A stretch of 49,599 bases of DNA, from assembly GCA_002732015.1 (NCBI GenBank), contig PCCU01000017.1:8350-57948 (forward strand), given 5' to 3'. The DNA is from Candidatus Pelagibacterales bacterium (GTDB taxonomy: Bacteria > Pseudomonadota > Alphaproteobacteria > TMED109). This document shows, in pieces, positions 47,918 to 49,599 of the stretch (position 1 is its first letter; each line of letters begins with the position of its first letter). A program made the position numbers and the translations under genes. The notes under the pieces are model-generated. The model searched no databases. It was not told where the DNA came from and worked only from the letters and a program-made list of their open reading frames with translations.

Positions 47918-48730
47918 TTATTTTCTTTTTAAAAAAATTTCTCCGCATTCTTCATTTTGCTTGATACAAATCTCCCCTCTTTTTGCTAATTCTAATGAAG
48001 CAGCAACTGTTGTAATAAAAGCAACTTTGAGTGACCTTTTTTCTTCACCGACTTCGCTTATTTCAGGTAAAATTTTACTTATGGTGAACCAGTCTTTAAA
48101 GGATTTATAAAAGTTTTTAATTTTTTCTATCGCATTTTCTATATTATAATAATTTTTTGACTTTAAAGTTATGTTTTTTATTCCTTTTCTATTGAAAATA
48201 TTCGAGAAGCAAATTAATAAACTGTTTTTATTACAATAAAATTCTGTTTCTAGTACAATAGATTGGTCAAGAATTTGTCCTTTTAAAAATCTATTTAGAC
48301 TTAAAAGGTCTCTTGAAAATAACTTTTCAGATGTTTCTCTCATAGCTTTTAATCTCTTTAAATTAAAGGCTAATAATTCTGGCAATGTTTCTTTTTCATT
48401 TTTACCATTATCTATTTCATTAGGTAATAATAATTTTGACTTAATATATGCAAGTATTGCAGCCATAACTAAATAGTCAGATGCCAAATCAAGATTTAAT
48501 TTTTTTGTTTGCTTTATAAATGTTAAATATTGATCAACTAAAGATAATATGGAAATTTTTGTTATATCTAGCTTTTTTTGTTGAGCTAATTGTAATAAAA
48601 GGTCTAAAGGACCACTGAAACCTTCTAAATCTATATTTAATAAATTATTTTCATCCTCGTCAGTATTTTCTCTATTAGCTTCAAAGTCTGATTTTTCGAA
48701 CGTATACAACTTATAGTGCCCTATTTTCAA
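47918..48730 (-). CDS. scpA: SMC-Scp complex subunit ScpA
   Basis: FSGPLDLLLQLA, DYLVMAAILAYIKSKLLLP, ASLELAKRG; start uncertain. Confidence 0.93.
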   Translation of the reverse strand: MKIGHYKLYTFEKSDFEANRENTDEDENNLLNIDLEGFSGPLDLLLQLAQQKKLDITKISILSLVDQYLTFIKQTKKLNLDLASDYLVMAAILAYIKSKLLLPNEIDNGKNEKETLPELLAFNLKRLKAMRETSEKLFSRDLLSLNRFLKGQILDQSIVLETEFYCNKNSLLICFSNIFNRKGIKNITLKSKNYYNIENAIEKIKNFYKSFKDWFTISKILPEISEVGEEKRSLKVAFITTVAASLELAKRGEICIKQNEECGEIFLKRK

Positions 48731-48777
48731 TTAATAACTAAATATACACAAATAGTAGGAATTTATAAATAAAAAAA

Positions 48778-49599
48778 CTATTTTAATAATTTTTTTCTAA
48801 GTTTATTCGATACCTTTCCTGCTCCTAAAGTTGACTTGATCATATATTCTAAGTTAGGTTCACAGTGCAAAACTATTTCACAACCTGCCTCTATAGCTTT
48901 CTTTGCTCTAAAGTAATACCCTCCTTTTAAAGCCTTCATACAAAGATCATCTGAGAATAAAACACCCTTAAAGCCTATTAATTTTCTAATTATATTTTTA
49001 ATGACTATTTTAGATTGAGTAGCGCAGTTCTTATTATCTATTTTTTTATACTTGATATGAGCTGTCATAGCATAATTAAATTGATTTAGTTTCTTAAAAG
49101 GAAAAAAGTCATCTTTTAATTCAGCTACAGTCAAACCTATTTCAGGTAGTTTCTTGTGACTATCATCTTTAGATCTACCATGTCCAGGAATATGTTTTAG
49201 GATTGGTTTTATATTAGCTTTTATTAAACCTTTACAAGCTTCATATCCTAATAAGCTTACTATTTTAGGATCTCTTGAAAACGATCTATTACCTATTACA
49301 GCATTAGAGTTTTTTACTAACAAATCTAAGACAGGCGCACAATTATAAGTTATTCCCAATTCTTTCAGTTCTTTGCCTATTGAGTAAAAGTTTTCAAATG
49401 TCGCTTTTTTTGCTTTTTTTAAATTATTTTTGGCAATTAATCCAAACACATTTGCAGCAGGAAATTCTGGCCATATTTCTTTTCTAAGTCTTGATACTTT
49501 TCCTCCTTCTTGATCTATCATTACCAAGCAATCAGATCCTAAAATATCCTTAATCTCCTTAATTAGCGAAATCACCTGCTTTTTATTTAGCACATTTCG
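48778..49599 (-). CDS. nagZ: Beta-N-acetylhexosaminidase (GH3), 5' end outside the window
   Basis: IDQEGGKVSR, APVLD, IGNRSF, KHIPGHG, DSH, FSDDLCM; frame open to the window edge. Confidence 0.93.
   Translation of the reverse strand, partial: RNVLNKKQVISLIKEIKDILGSDCLVMIDQEGGKVSRLRKEIWPEFPAANVFGLIAKNNLKKAKKATFENFYSIGKELKELGITYNCAPVLDLLVKNSNAVIGNRSFSRDPKIVSLLGYEACKGLIKANIKPILKHIPGHGRSKDDSHKKLPEIGLTVAELKDDFFPFKKLNQFNYAMTAHIKYKKIDNKNCATQSKIVIKNIIRKLIGFKGVLFSDDLCMKALKGGYYFRAKKAIEAGCEIVLHCEPNLEYMIKSTLGAGKVSNKLRKKLLK

Noticed and set aside
1-49599. CRISPR array, tandem repeat array, prophage, retron or IS element
   Set aside because: Intergenic gaps are all about 200 nt or less, with no spaced direct repeats and no RT, nuclease, capsid or transposase ORFs seen by eye.

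Overview
Very AT-rich, gene-dense bacterial chromosome segment. Gene content and order (mfd-sdhE/recG; ssb-gyrA-coaD-queA-tgt; nagZ-scpA-scpB...tatA-tatC-serS-surE-pcm-nlpD; yajC-secD-secF-Mth938) point to a streamlined, probably marine, alphaproteobacterium (inference). It holds 47 CDSs and 2 tRNAs (Leu-GAG, Lys-TTT). I found no integrase, transposase, CRISPR array or recognisable defence system. Most of the window is housekeeping. The accessory-looking part (about 13.8-27 kb) is a formate module: purU, an exported cyclase-family hydrolase, a two-subunit NAD-linked formate dehydrogenase resembling tungsten FDH1, an OFA-family transporter, and fdhD, mobA, mobB, moeA and tusA. Most notable observations: (1) fdhD has a hidden 49-codon N-terminus with no ATG/GTG/TTG, and its putative RBS and ATT start sit inside a 14-bp perfect inverted repeat; (2) the Fe3+ permease behind a Fur-like box also appears to start at ATT; (3) a secreted orphan protein next to tRNA-Lys carries a phage-virion-like beta domain; (4) pcm is full length but has lost its SAM-binding motif; (5) tatB is missing between tatA and tatC; (6) FbpC has a CxxC-x6-C-x4-H insert. 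No database search was run: all family calls come from motif recognition and synteny.
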